A stretch of 40,884 nucleotides of DNA from a virus (Duplodnaviria; Caudoviricetes): IMG/VR virus record IMGVR_UViG_3300037423_001031, positions 1 through 40,884 of that record; one strand, 5' to 3'. A program made the position numbers and the translations under genes. Shown here one piece after another: positions 17,508 to 26,110 of this stretch (position 1 is its first letter; each line of letters starts with the position of its first letter). The notes beneath the pieces are model-generated. The model was not told where the DNA came from and did not search any database. It saw only the letters and a program-made list of their open reading frames with translations.

Positions 17508-18013
17508 GCTGTACCACCCGCCCCACCGGCGCCGCCGGGAAAACCGGCCTGCGGTCCGGGACCCTGACACTGCGCGTTCTGTTCGCGCTGGCCGCAGGCC
17601 CCGCCAGCGTGGCGGAACTGTCTGAACGCCTCGGCATCCGCGCCAGGTCCATCTATCCGGCGCTCCAGGACCAGGCGGGCGCGGGGCGCGTGGAGCGTTG
17701 CCGCGCCGGCTGGTGCCTGACCACCGCCGGGGCCGCCGACCTGGCCGCGTTCAGCCCCGAGGACGCGCGCGGGCGCCTGCGGCTGGTGGATGCCCCGCCC
17801 ACCAGCGCGACCCCGCCCACACGCCTGTCCGCCGCCGCTGCGGCCATCCGCCGCCGCCTGGCGCCGATGGCGGGCATGCGCAAGCGGCTGGAATCCGCGC
17901 GGACCTTGGCCCAGGACCGCCTGGCGCAGGCCGCGCTGATCGGCTGGCCCGCGCTGGCGGAGTCCTGGCGCCTGGAGGTCCAGGAAATCGAGGCCATGCT
18001 GTCCGCCGCGTAA
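17504..18013 (+). CDS. Winged-helix (ArsR/MarR-like) DNA-binding protein
   Basis: VLFALAAGPASVAELSERLGIRARSIYPALQD...GRVER; ATGA overlap with the upstream gene. Confidence 0.7.
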   Translation: MSCTTRPTGAAGKTGLRSGTLTLRVLFALAAGPASVAELSERLGIRARSIYPALQDQAGAGRVERCRAGWCLTTAGAADLAAFSPEDARGRLRLVDAPPTSATPPTRLSAAAAAIRRRLAPMAGMRKRLESARTLAQDRLAQAALIGWPALAESWRLEVQEIEAMLSAA

Positions 18014-18046
18014 ACTGTTTACGGGCATCAACGCATGGGCCACAAT
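18009..18046 (+). promoter_or_regulatory. Sigma70-like promoter with a palindrome overlapping its -35
   Basis: TTTACG (18018-18023), 17 nt, CACAAT (18041-18046); palindrome CGTAAAC-T-GTTTACG at 18009-18023. Confidence 0.6.
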
Positions 18047-18052
18047 CCTGGA

Positions 18053-18274
18053 ATGAACGAACGCACCGAGCGACTGCGCCAACTGATGCACGCCCATGGG
18101 TTGAAAGCCACGCGCGTGGCGGACCTGCTGGGCCGCAAAGAGCAAACCGTCCGCATCTGGCGATGCGAGGGAGACAACCGCGTGATTCCGCGCGATGCAC
18201 TGGAACTGCTGGAACTGAAGCTGAGCAACATCAATTCCGCCGCCGGACAGAGCAAGAAAAGGGCCGCCGCGTGA
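18053..18274 (+). CDS. Small HTH (Cro/XRE-like) regulator
   Basis: LRQLMHAHGLKATRVADLLGRKEQTVRIW...IPRDALELLELKL; start placed at ATG 18053 (alternative 18035). Confidence 0.75.
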   Translation: MNERTERLRQLMHAHGLKATRVADLLGRKEQTVRIWRCEGDNRVIPRDALELLELKLSNINSAAGQSKKRAAA

Positions 18275-18612
18275 ACCATGGCGAGTTGCCGGACGGCCGG
18301 CGTGTGGACACTGCATCCGAGGAATGGCGGACGCATTGCCACGCGCTGACGCTGGCGAACATGAACCCGCTGAAGCGGCGCACCGAGCTGGAAAGCATCA
18401 GCGCAAAGCGAGGCGAGCCCGAGCGGCGGCGCCTGGCTGAAGCGGTCCGCGCCATCCTGGTTTCCCGCGAAGCCGCCAGCGTGGTTGCGCTCGCAACCGT
18501 GACAGAGCGGCGCGCTTACCTGGACGGCGTGCAGATCGAGCGCGGATGGACCGCGAGGCACCAACTAGAAACCGAGGTTCTAAGGCAGTGGGCCGCGAAG
18601 CGCGCGGCCTGA
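18271..18612 (+). CDS. Hypothetical phage protein with internal helical duplication
   Basis: GTGA overlap; DTASEEWRTHC then RRTELESISAKRGEPERRRL / RRAYLDGVQIERGWTARHQL. Confidence 0.7.
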   Translation: MNHGELPDGRRVDTASEEWRTHCHALTLANMNPLKRRTELESISAKRGEPERRRLAEAVRAILVSREAASVVALATVTERRAYLDGVQIERGWTARHQLETEVLRQWAAKRAA

Positions 18613-18690
18613 CTGTGTGTTTTCCGGGCTTGGCTGGACTGATCCCCCGGCGACGAGGCGGCCACCACGGATGCACCGCCGCCCTTTTTT

Positions 18691-21087
18691 ATGCATCCCC
18701 TTCCGTGGAGTACCTATGAACAACCGCAACCCAGCCAGGTGGCCGCAATGATGGCCGCCACGGAAATGGGCGAGGACGAAGCAATCAGCCAGTTCCGCGC
18801 GGCCATGGCCGCCGCCGGACTGCGCACGGATGACGCTATCGCGCCCACGCTGGACGATGACGTGGCGCGGTTCCATGTGGACGGCGACCCGCCCCGCACG
18901 AAAAACGGCTGGTATGTCCTGTTTATGGACGGCGTGCCTGCTGGTGAATTTGGATGCTGGAAGCGTGGCACCCGCTCCACCTGGACCGCCACCACCGGCG
19001 GCAAGCCGCTTTCCGCGGAACAGCGCGCCGAAGCGGACGCCAAGCTGGAGGCGGCCCGCAAGCGGCGCGAGGCCGCGGAGCGCGCCAGGCAGGGCGAGGC
19101 CGCCAGGCGCGCAAACGAAATCCTGGCGACAGCCCCCGCGGCGGACGATGCCCACCGTTACCTGGTGCGCAAAGGCGTCCGCGCCCATGGCCTGCGCGTG
19201 GGCCGCTGGGTCAAGACTGACGATGAAACCGGGGACGTTTGGCTGGACGTACCGGACGCGCTGCTGGTGCCTGTGATGAACCAGGCCGGCAAGGTGATGA
19301 ACCTGCAAGCCATTTTCCCGGACAAGCATCCGAAGCTGGGGCGGGACAAGGATTTTCTGCGCAACGGCAAGAAAAAAGGCGGGTTCCACCTGATCGGCGC
19401 CCCCAAGCCTGGCGCCATGGTGGTGATATGCGAGGGATACGCCACCGGCGCGAGCATTCATGAATGTACCGGCTGGACGGTGGCGGTGGCATTCGACGCG
19501 GGGAACCTGGTTGCGGTGGCGGAGGCGCTGGCGGACGCCATGGCCGGCCATACGTTCCTGATCGCGGCGGATAACGACCAGTGGACTACGCAACCAAAAC
19601 CAAACCCTGGCGTTTACCACGCAACCGAGGCCGGGAAGGTTATCAATTGCCGCGTTGTGGTCCCCCAGTTCGCTGACCTGGACGGCGAGCCCACCGACTT
19701 CAACGACCTACACCAGCGCGAGGGGGCCGCCGAAGTGGTCCGCCAACTGGGCGCGGCCATCCCGGTGGCCGCCAACGACCCCACCCCGCCCACGCGGACG
19801 GACCTGGTGGAGCTGGCCGGCGGCGAGGACATGGTGGAGCCCCGGCCGGAGGACGTGGACGTTTTTTCGCTGCCGGACGTGGGGGGCAAAGGCAAGGTCT
19901 TGTCCACCATTGAGAACCTGGCCGAAATCCTGAAGCGCCTGCGCGTGGTGGTCCGCTACAACGTGATTTCAAAAGAGGAAGAATATTTGATCCCCGGCCG
20001 CGGGTTCAGCGTGGACAACCAGGCGAACGCGTCCATTGCCTGGATTGAATCCTGGTGCGCCCGCTTCCGTATGTCCACGGAGAAACTTGGTTCGTTCCTG
20101 ACGTTCCTGGCGGATGCAAACCAATTCAACCCGGTGGTTGCGTGGGTAACATCCAGGCCATGGGACGGCGTGGACCGCCTGCCCGATATGTTCGCCACCA
20201 TCACGCCGGTGGAGGACGTGCGCCTGGAGGACGGGCGCAGCCTGAAGGACGCGCTAATTTTCCGGTGGATGGTGTCCGCCATCGCGGCGGCGTTCAGCCC
20301 TAACGGCGTGGAGGCGCAAGGCGCGCTGGTCCTGCAAGGCCCGCAGGGCTTGGGCAAAACGAAATGGATGCTGAACCTGGTTCCGCGGGAACTGGGACTG
20401 GCAAAGGAAGGCGTGACGCTGCGCCTGGACGATAAGGACAGCATCCGCCAGGCGGTTAGCCACTGGCTTACCGAGCTGGGCGAGCTGGACGGCACTTTCA
20501 AGAAATCCGACATTGCCGCGCTGAAAGCGTTCATCACGAAGGGCAAGGACACGCTGCGCCGCGCGTTCGCCAAAAAGGACAGCAACTATGGGCGCCGGAC
20601 CGTGTTTTTCGGTTCCGTGAACCCCAAGCATTACCTGATCGACAACACAGGCAACCGCCGGTTCTGGACCATCGAATGCGCAGCAATTGATTTCACCCAC
20701 CCACACCTGGACATGCAACAGGTATGGGCGCAAGTCCTGGAGCTGTGGAAGGGCGGCGCCCAGTTCCATTTGGACCCGCTGGAGCATGCTGCGGTCAACG
20801 AGCAAAACGAGCATTTCGCACAGATTGATCCCGTTGAGGAACGCATCCAGACCAGGCTGGACTGGGGCGTTACGGACGCGGCGCAATGGGGATGGCGCAC
20901 CGCCACGGATTGCCTGATTGCCATTGGCATGGACAAGCCCACCGCGTCCGACTGCACGAAGGCGGCAACGGCAATCCGCAAGCTGAACGGGGACCAGGGC
21001 AAGAGAAGCAACGGGCGGAACCTGCTGTGGGTCCCGCCGCCGGTCCCGTATGGGGCAAGAACTGGAGAAGGAAAAAACGATGAGTGA
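18691..21087 (+). CDS. Primase-helicase (Toprim plus VirE/VapE-like P-loop ATPase)
   Basis: ICEGYATG, VAFDAGNL, IAADND and DFNDLH (Toprim); LQGPQGLGKT, ELGELD and TGNRRFW (VapE-like). Exact start uncertain. Confidence 0.9.
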   Translation: MHPLPWSTYEQPQPSQVAAMMAATEMGEDEAISQFRAAMAAAGLRTDDAIAPTLDDDVARFHVDGDPPRTKNGWYVLFMDGVPAGEFGCWKRGTRSTWTATTGGKPLSAEQRAEADAKLEAARKRREAAERARQGEAARRANEILATAPAADDAHRYLVRKGVRAHGLRVGRWVKTDDETGDVWLDVPDALLVPVMNQAGKVMNLQAIFPDKHPKLGRDKDFLRNGKKKGGFHLIGAPKPGAMVVICEGYATGASIHECTGWTVAVAFDAGNLVAVAEALADAMAGHTFLIAADNDQWTTQPKPNPGVYHATEAGKVINCRVVVPQFADLDGEPTDFNDLHQREGAAEVVRQLGAAIPVAANDPTPPTRTDLVELAGGEDMVEPRPEDVDVFSLPDVGGKGKVLSTIENLAEILKRLRVVVRYNVISKEEEYLIPGRGFSVDNQANASIAWIESWCARFRMSTEKLGSFLTFLADANQFNPVVAWVTSRPWDGVDRLPDMFATITPVEDVRLEDGRSLKDALIFRWMVSAIAAAFSPNGVEAQGALVLQGPQGLGKTKWMLNLVPRELGLAKEGVTLRLDDKDSIRQAVSHWLTELGELDGTFKKSDIAALKAFITKGKDTLRRAFAKKDSNYGRRTVFFGSVNPKHYLIDNTGNRRFWTIECAAIDFTHPHLDMQQVWAQVLELWKGGAQFHLDPLEHAAVNEQNEHFAQIDPVEERIQTRLDWGVTDAAQWGWRTATDCLIAIGMDKPTASDCTKAATAIRKLNGDQGKRSNGRNLLWVPPPVPYGARTGEGKNDE

Positions 21088-21409
21088 GCAACTTTACAAG
21101 TCCCGCGGCGAGAAGGCCGCCGCCGCCTCGGAACGCGCCACGCGCCTGGCCGGCGCCCCGGAATCCGTGGTGGTGTTCGGCCCGCAGGGTTGCGGCAAGA
21201 CATTGCACGCGGAGGCGCTGCGGCGCCACTTTGGGCTGGTGGAGGTATGGGACGCGGGCGAGGACTACGGTAAGCCGGTGGAGCCCCGCGGGGTCCTGGT
21301 CCTGTGTACGGACCCCGCTTTCCTGCCGCTGACCGCGCGGCGGACCCTGCGGCGCGTGTCGTTTCACCAGGCCGCCGCGGAGGCTGGCATCCCCGGCTTT
21401 AGGCACTAG
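21080..21409 (+). CDS. Small P-loop-containing protein
   Basis: VVVFGPQGCGKTLHAEALRRHFG Walker A in about 109 aa; AAGGA upstream of ATG 21080. Confidence 0.75.
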   Translation: MSEQLYKSRGEKAAAASERATRLAGAPESVVVFGPQGCGKTLHAEALRRHFGLVEVWDAGEDYGKPVEPRGVLVLCTDPAFLPLTARRTLRRVSFHQAAAEAGIPGFRH

Positions 21410-21429
21410 ACCAGCCCTTCCCCACCACC

Positions 21430-21452
21430 AGGCCGCCGCGTGCGGCCTTTTT
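21430..21452 (+). terminator. Intrinsic terminator after the replication operon
   Basis: AGGCCGC-CGCGT-GCGGCCT then TTTT. Confidence 0.75.
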
Positions 21453-21463
21453 CACATTCGGGG

Positions 21464-21495
21464 TGTTTACAGACGTAAACAGGCGTGCGCATAAT
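21464..21495 (+). promoter_or_regulatory. Sigma70-like promoter of the accessory cluster with an overlapping inverted repeat
   Basis: TTTACA (21466-21471), 18 nt, CATAAT (21490-21495); TGTTTAC-AGAC-GTAAACA at 21464-21481. Confidence 0.65.
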
Positions 21496-21568
21496 CGCGC
21501 CATGGCATCAACTGCCGGACAGGCAGGACCCGCGGCGCGGTGCCGTGGGGCAACTGGAGAAACGACAC

Positions 21569-21760
21569 ATGAAGATCACCGAAACCATGGACCTGGCCGC
21601 GCTTGCGAAGCGCATGGGCACCGAGGCCACCGAGGCGGAAGCGCGCCACATGCGCGCCACGCTGATAGGGCTGGGCGCGTGGAGCCGGACGGAGGACGTT
21701 CCCGCCGATGAGTGGGAACGCCTGGTGGACGCCTCCGTGACGCAAGCGAAGTACGACTAA
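21569..21760 (+). CDS. Hypothetical protein
   Basis: GGAGA Shine-Dalgarno (SD), MKITETMDLAALAKRMG..., 63 aa. Confidence 0.75.
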   Translation: MKITETMDLAALAKRMGTEATEAEARHMRATLIGLGAWSRTEDVPADEWERLVDASVTQAKYD

Positions 21761-21875
21761 TGCAGCGGGGCCGGCCCTGCGGGGCCGGTTCCAGTGGATT
21801 GCCTGGCGTGCCAGGTAGCCCACTGGAAACAGATTCACAACAGGCGGCCTGACCGCCACAACCCGAGGGACCACC

Positions 21876-22199
21876 ATGCAACAACTGACATTCATAGCCC
21901 ACCCCGGCGGCGCCGTGGATTTCCTGAAGGCCGCGCCCGGCCGGCGGTTTTTCGTCCTGACCGCTTCCGAGGTCCGCCGCATCCTGGAGGACCGCCGCGC
22001 CCATGCGGTGGCGCAATCCATCAAGCACACCGCGGACGCGCTGGGCCTTGGGCTGGTGGCGCAATTCACCGCGTTGCGGCTGGACCTGGCCGGCGCCCGC
22101 GCCATCGTCCAGCGGCGCGACCAGGCGAAGCACGCGGCGTCTATGTGGACGCGCGAGGCCACCGCCGCCCACGCGCTTCTGATCGCACTGGACGACTGA
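21876..22199 (+). CDS. Hypothetical protein
   Basis: GAGGGA SD, 107 aa, flanked by structured intergenic regions. Confidence 0.7.
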   Translation: MQQLTFIAHPGGAVDFLKAAPGRRFFVLTASEVRRILEDRRAHAVAQSIKHTADALGLGLVAQFTALRLDLAGARAIVQRRDQAKHAASMWTREATAAHALLIALDD

Positions 22200-22317
22200 T
22201 CCGCCGCCACCAGGCCGCCGCCTGGTGGGTTCACCGGACTGTCCAGCGCGCTGGGCAATCCAGTGAGCAGTTCAAGGCCCCGGCGCCGCCGGATGACAAC
22301 GCAACCAAAGAGGACCT

Positions 22318-22683
22318 ATGAAAGCCCCCGCCCCTGTCTTGCACGCCTGCGCGCGTGAAATCGTTTCGACGCATCACCTGTTCCCCGGTGACCTGGTTGT
22401 GAGCCACGGCGCCGCGTTCATCCTGGCGGACCGCAAGGTGAACGATTGCGAGAACGACCCGCGCGGATGTGTGACGTTCACCACCGTCCTGGTGGACAAC
22501 GAGCAATCACAAATCCCGGCCGCGTATGAGCCGGAAAAGTGGGTGATTCAGGGCAACCGCTGGGCATCGTGGCGGCGCATCAAGGACCCCGCGGCGGTGG
22601 CGCATTTCACCAGCGTGGCATGGGCCAAGGACCCGGCGACCATGGCCGCGGTGGCGGGCCTGCAACTGGCGGAGGCGGCATGA
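22318..22683 (+). CDS. Hypothetical protein
   Basis: GAGGA SD, 121 aa, WVIQGNRWASW motif. Confidence 0.75.
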   Translation: MKAPAPVLHACAREIVSTHHLFPGDLVVSHGAAFILADRKVNDCENDPRGCVTFTTVLVDNEQSQIPAAYEPEKWVIQGNRWASWRRIKDPAAVAHFTSVAWAKDPATMAAVAGLQLAEAA

Positions 22684-23129
22684 CCACCAGCGCGCCGCAA
22701 GACCGGGAAATTATCCTGGCCGCCGTCCTGGCGGGCCGCTGCGCAAACGGTTTTGAACGCGGGGGCGGTTCCGTGGTCCACGCGGTCCCGGCCACGGAAC
22801 AGGAACGCGTTACCGGCATCCGCCATTACGCGCGGTCCCTGTGCGGCAAGACGCACGGCGCGCGGTCCGCCGGCTGGAGCCATTGGCCCACGCTGGTGGT
22901 GAACTGCCCGCGCTGCGCGGTCCTGGAGGCGGACCCCGAGGCCCGCGCGAAGGCGCAGGCCGCGCAGGCGAAGCGCCAGGCCGCCGCGTTTGCGCCCGAA
23001 ATCATGGCGCGGGCCAGGGAACTGGAGTCCGCCGCTGATCCTGGCCGCCGCCTTCCCCTGTTCCGCTACCTGGAGCAGGCCAGGCGCGAAGCCCGAGAGA
23101 CCAGGAAAGCCGCTCAAAACCGCAATTGA
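22680..23129 (+). CDS. Hypothetical protein with possible Zn ligands
   Basis: ATGA overlap, GGAGG SD; VHAV...SLCG...VNCPRC. Confidence 0.7.
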   Translation: MTTSAPQDREIILAAVLAGRCANGFERGGGSVVHAVPATEQERVTGIRHYARSLCGKTHGARSAGWSHWPTLVVNCPRCAVLEADPEARAKAQAAQAKRQAAAFAPEIMARARELESAADPGRRLPLFRYLEQARREARETRKAAQNRN

Positions 23130-23156
23130 GATTACTTAAACATATCTAGGCTAACC

Positions 23157-24308
23157 ATGAACCATTCCGCCCCCATTTCCCCGTCCGCCTGCCGCCGCAT
23201 CGGCTTGGGCGCCATCCTGCTGGGCCTGGCCGCGGCCACCGCTGGCGGCTGGTTTTTTGTCCTGGGCCTTCAGGCCACCGAGCCCGACGACGCCTCGCGC
23301 CACGCGCTGACGCTGGCCGGCGTGGTCCTGATCCTGGTGGAGCTGGGCGCGTTCGGCGTGGCGTCCCTCATGCCCCGCCACGGCACCCGCGCGGCCCGCC
23401 TCGGCCTGGTGGTGATGGCCGCCGCCGTGGTCCTGTTCGAGATTGCCACCATGAGCGTGACGCAGCTAACCCTAGCGGCCCGCGCGGACCAGGTGGCGGA
23501 CGCGAACCAGGCGCAGGCATTGCGACTGCGCGCAATGATCGACGGGCGCCGCGCGACGATTGCCGGCCTTCAGGCAAACGCGGCTGCACAAAGCCAGTCC
23601 AAGTTCCCGGAGAGCCGCGCGGCCGGCGCTGAAGCGTTGCGCCAGGCCACCGCGGTGGACGCCGAATTGCCCGCGCTGGTGGCGGAGCTGGCCCGCATCG
23701 AGGCCGCGCGCCGCCCCACCTTGTCCACCGTCCTTGGCGAGCACGTTGCGGCCTTTGCCGTGGCCCGTTCCGCGCTGGTGGTCCTGGCCGGCGTGGGCGC
23801 CATGGGCCTGGCCGGACTGATGTTCCGCGCGGCCCGCGCTGGTTCCGTTCCCGCGCCCACCGTCCACGTCCCCGCCCCGTCCGTTATCCCCACCGTTCCC
23901 GCTCCGCTGGTTGCCTACGCAACGCCCACCACGTCCCGCCTGGCCGCCGCCGTGGCGTCCGTTCCGCTGGCCGCGGGCATCGTTCCGGCCGCCGCCACCG
24001 TCCCCGTCCCCGCGCCGGTGGCCGCCACGGTTCCGAAATCGGAACGCCAGGAGAGGGCGCCCCGCGCCCCGGTCCCGCGTCCCGCTGCGCCCGAAGGCCG
24101 CGCCGACACCGGAACGACCGATGGCACGGACGCACGCTATTCCCGCGTGGCGGATGCAGTGCGGAACGGCGATGTTCAGCCCACCGTCCGCGCCATCCGC
24201 TCCACGTTCCGCACCGCCACGGACGTGGCCCAGCGTTACCTGGTCCAACTGGAGCGCGACGGGATCACGAAAAGGGCGGGGCGCGGGTATGCGCTGGCCG
24301 CCGCCTGA
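23157..24308 (+). CDS. Membrane protein with coiled-coil region and C-terminal winged-helix-like domain
   Basis: Three N-terminal hydrophobic helices, a helical region, a fourth hydrophobic helix, a Pro-rich linker, then PTVRAIRSTFRTATDVAQRYLVQLERDGI..RAGRGY. Confidence 0.75.
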   Translation: MNHSAPISPSACRRIGLGAILLGLAAATAGGWFFVLGLQATEPDDASRHALTLAGVVLILVELGAFGVASLMPRHGTRAARLGLVVMAAAVVLFEIATMSVTQLTLAARADQVADANQAQALRLRAMIDGRRATIAGLQANAAAQSQSKFPESRAAGAEALRQATAVDAELPALVAELARIEAARRPTLSTVLGEHVAAFAVARSALVVLAGVGAMGLAGLMFRAARAGSVPAPTVHVPAPSVIPTVPAPLVAYATPTTSRLAAAVASVPLAAGIVPAAATVPVPAPVAATVPKSERQERAPRAPVPRPAAPEGRADTGTTDGTDARYSRVADAVRNGDVQPTVRAIRSTFRTATDVAQRYLVQLERDGITKRAGRGYALAAA

Positions 24309-24353
24309 CAACCGCTAGGCCGGAACGTTCCGGCCGCAACCGAAAGACACAGC

Positions 24354-25385
24354 ATGAGCACTCAAGACCTGATCCCGTTCCCGTCCGGCTGGAGCCTGTC
24401 CGGGAAGTACGGAACCACCATCCGCCGCACCGCCACGGAAACCGGCGGCACCGTCACGCGCCTGGTGGCCGCATGCGACCAGCCCGAGGACGCGCGGGCA
24501 ATCATGGCCGCTGTCTCCGCGCTGGATCACCTGGCCCGCCTGCTGGGGTATGTGGACGGCGCCGGCCGCGTCCAGGTGGGCACCATCACGCGCCAACTGT
24601 GGCAGTCCGCCCACCGCCTGGTTATGCAATTCGACGCCCACCCGTTTGGCCCGCCTGGTGCGCCTGGCCTGGTGGTGGAGCCCGCAACCACCGCGCTGGA
24701 GTTGGGGAACCGCATTCACGAGCTGACGGAACGCGCGCTGAACGAGCTGGAGGGCGGGGCGGAGCGCGCCGCCGCTGCCATCCGCACCCTGGAGGCGAAG
24801 GGCTACACCTGGCGCGGCGGGGAGCACTGGGCGCCGCCGCTGGGTGAGCCGCGCCGCTTTGAGATAACCACCCCGTCCGGCCCGTATGTGGACCGCCTGC
24901 GGGGCTGGATCACGCCGGACCAGGCGGTGGAGCCGCATGCGGGTCCGCTGATGGACGAGCCCGAGGACGACCCCGGCGCCGCTGACCAGGCCGCCGTGGA
25001 CAGGTTCGTGGCCGGGGTGCATACGGTGGACGCGGCCGGCTTTGACGACCTTCCCGCAGGCATCCCAGAGCACTGGGCGGCAAAGCCGTTTTGCCGCATC
25101 CGCTGGTATCAGGACACCGGGGACGAGTCCGTGGGCATGCAAGGCCGCTGGGGGTGGGAGCTGGCGGACGACCAGGCGGGCACCGTGGTTGCGGACCTGG
25201 TGGCGGGCGCGAAGGCCGCGGAGCAGGGCCGCGAGCGGGTAAACGACCTGTGGCAACTAGCACGGGCGGAAGTGGCTGCGGACACGTTCGGCATGGCACC
25301 GGAGGACGTGAACACGAATTGCGAGCAGTTCCGCCAGGTTTTCGCGCGCCTGCTACTGGAGGGGGCCGCCGGCCATGCAAACTAA
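24354..25385 (+). CDS. Hypothetical protein (343 aa)
   Basis: Long co-oriented ORF in the cluster; no family recognised. Confidence 0.7.
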   Translation: MSTQDLIPFPSGWSLSGKYGTTIRRTATETGGTVTRLVAACDQPEDARAIMAAVSALDHLARLLGYVDGAGRVQVGTITRQLWQSAHRLVMQFDAHPFGPPGAPGLVVEPATTALELGNRIHELTERALNELEGGAERAAAAIRTLEAKGYTWRGGEHWAPPLGEPRRFEITTPSGPYVDRLRGWITPDQAVEPHAGPLMDEPEDDPGAADQAAVDRFVAGVHTVDAAGFDDLPAGIPEHWAAKPFCRIRWYQDTGDESVGMQGRWGWELADDQAGTVVADLVAGAKAAEQGRERVNDLWQLARAEVAADTFGMAPEDVNTNCEQFRQVFARLLLEGAAGHAN

Positions 25386-25602
25386 ATTCATCGGCGGCGC
25401 AATGCACGGACAAACCGCAACCGTGGGCGAGCGTGAGCAGCAATGCACAAAATCAGTGCGGCGGGCATTCACGCGCCTGGTGGAGTCTGAAACCTACGTC
25501 CGGCGGACCTAGTGCCACTCGGATGGACGCGTGGAATTTGTCATGATCCTGGCAACGCTTGCGCTGGACCAGGCGCAAAAACTTACGCGGGAAATCATTT
25601 AA
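25375..25602 (+). pseudogene. Small phage gene interrupted by an in-frame TAG
   Basis: GGAGG SD; MQTKFIGGAMHGQ...TYVRRT*(TAG 25510-25512)CHSDGRVEFVMILATLALDQAQKLTREII*(TAA 25600-25602). Confidence 0.5.
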
Positions 25603-25623
25603 CGCGCCTAGAATTCAATTCTG

Positions 25624-25647
25624 AGCCGGCCGCCGTGCCGGCTTTTC
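25624..25647 (+). terminator. Probable intrinsic terminator
   Basis: AGCCGGC-CGCCGT-GCCGGCT then TTT. Confidence 0.55.
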
Positions 25648-25669
25648 TGCAATTAGGGAGATCGAAACA

Positions 25670-26050
25670 ATGAACGGCGAACTGGAAAGCCTGCTGGTGA
25701 AACTGGAGGCGGAGGCGCCCGCGAAGCTGCAACCCACCACGCGCCTGGTGGCGTCCCAATGCCGGGACCTGCTGGCCCACCTGGCGGCCGGCGCGGGCCT
25801 GGAAGGCGCAACCCTGGAGCTGGTGGCCTGCCTGCGGGGCGTCCTTCAGCACGGCGCCGCGCTGGTGGACCTGATGCCCCTGGACGAGCTGCGGCAAGCG
25901 GCCGGGAACCCTGGCCTGGCGCCCGAGTTCCGCGCGTTCGCGGCGGCCCGCCTGAACACCCTGGAGGCGCTGGAGCGCATGAAGGCGGCGAAAGCCCCAC
26001 CAGCGGCGGCGGCGCAGGCCGCGGAGGCGGGGCCGGATGGCGAAGCCTGA
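25670..26050 (+). CDS. Hypothetical helical protein
   Basis: GGGAG SD, 126 aa, followed by a terminator. Confidence 0.75.
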   Translation: MNGELESLLVKLEAEAPAKLQPTTRLVASQCRDLLAHLAAGAGLEGATLELVACLRGVLQHGAALVDLMPLDELRQAAGNPGLAPEFRAFAAARLNTLEALERMKAAKAPPAAAAQAAEAGPDGEA

Positions 26051-26075
26051 CGGGAATCTGAGACTACACCAGCCC

Positions 26076-26101
26076 AAGCCGCCCACCGAGGCGGCTTTTT
26101 T
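26076..26101 (+). terminator. Intrinsic terminator
   Basis: AAGCCGCC-CACCGA-GGCGGCTT then TTTT. Confidence 0.8.
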
Positions 26102-26110
26102 GCGCCTGGA

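Noticed and set aside
21761-22317. Integron attC sites
   Set aside because: No clear RYYYAAC/GTTRRRY boxes bound the hairpins and no integron integrase is present.
25510-25512. Genome-wide TAG reassignment
   Set aside because: TAG ends ssb at its canonical C-terminus and ends other genes cleanly; no suppressor tRNA was seen and the core genes are uninterrupted.
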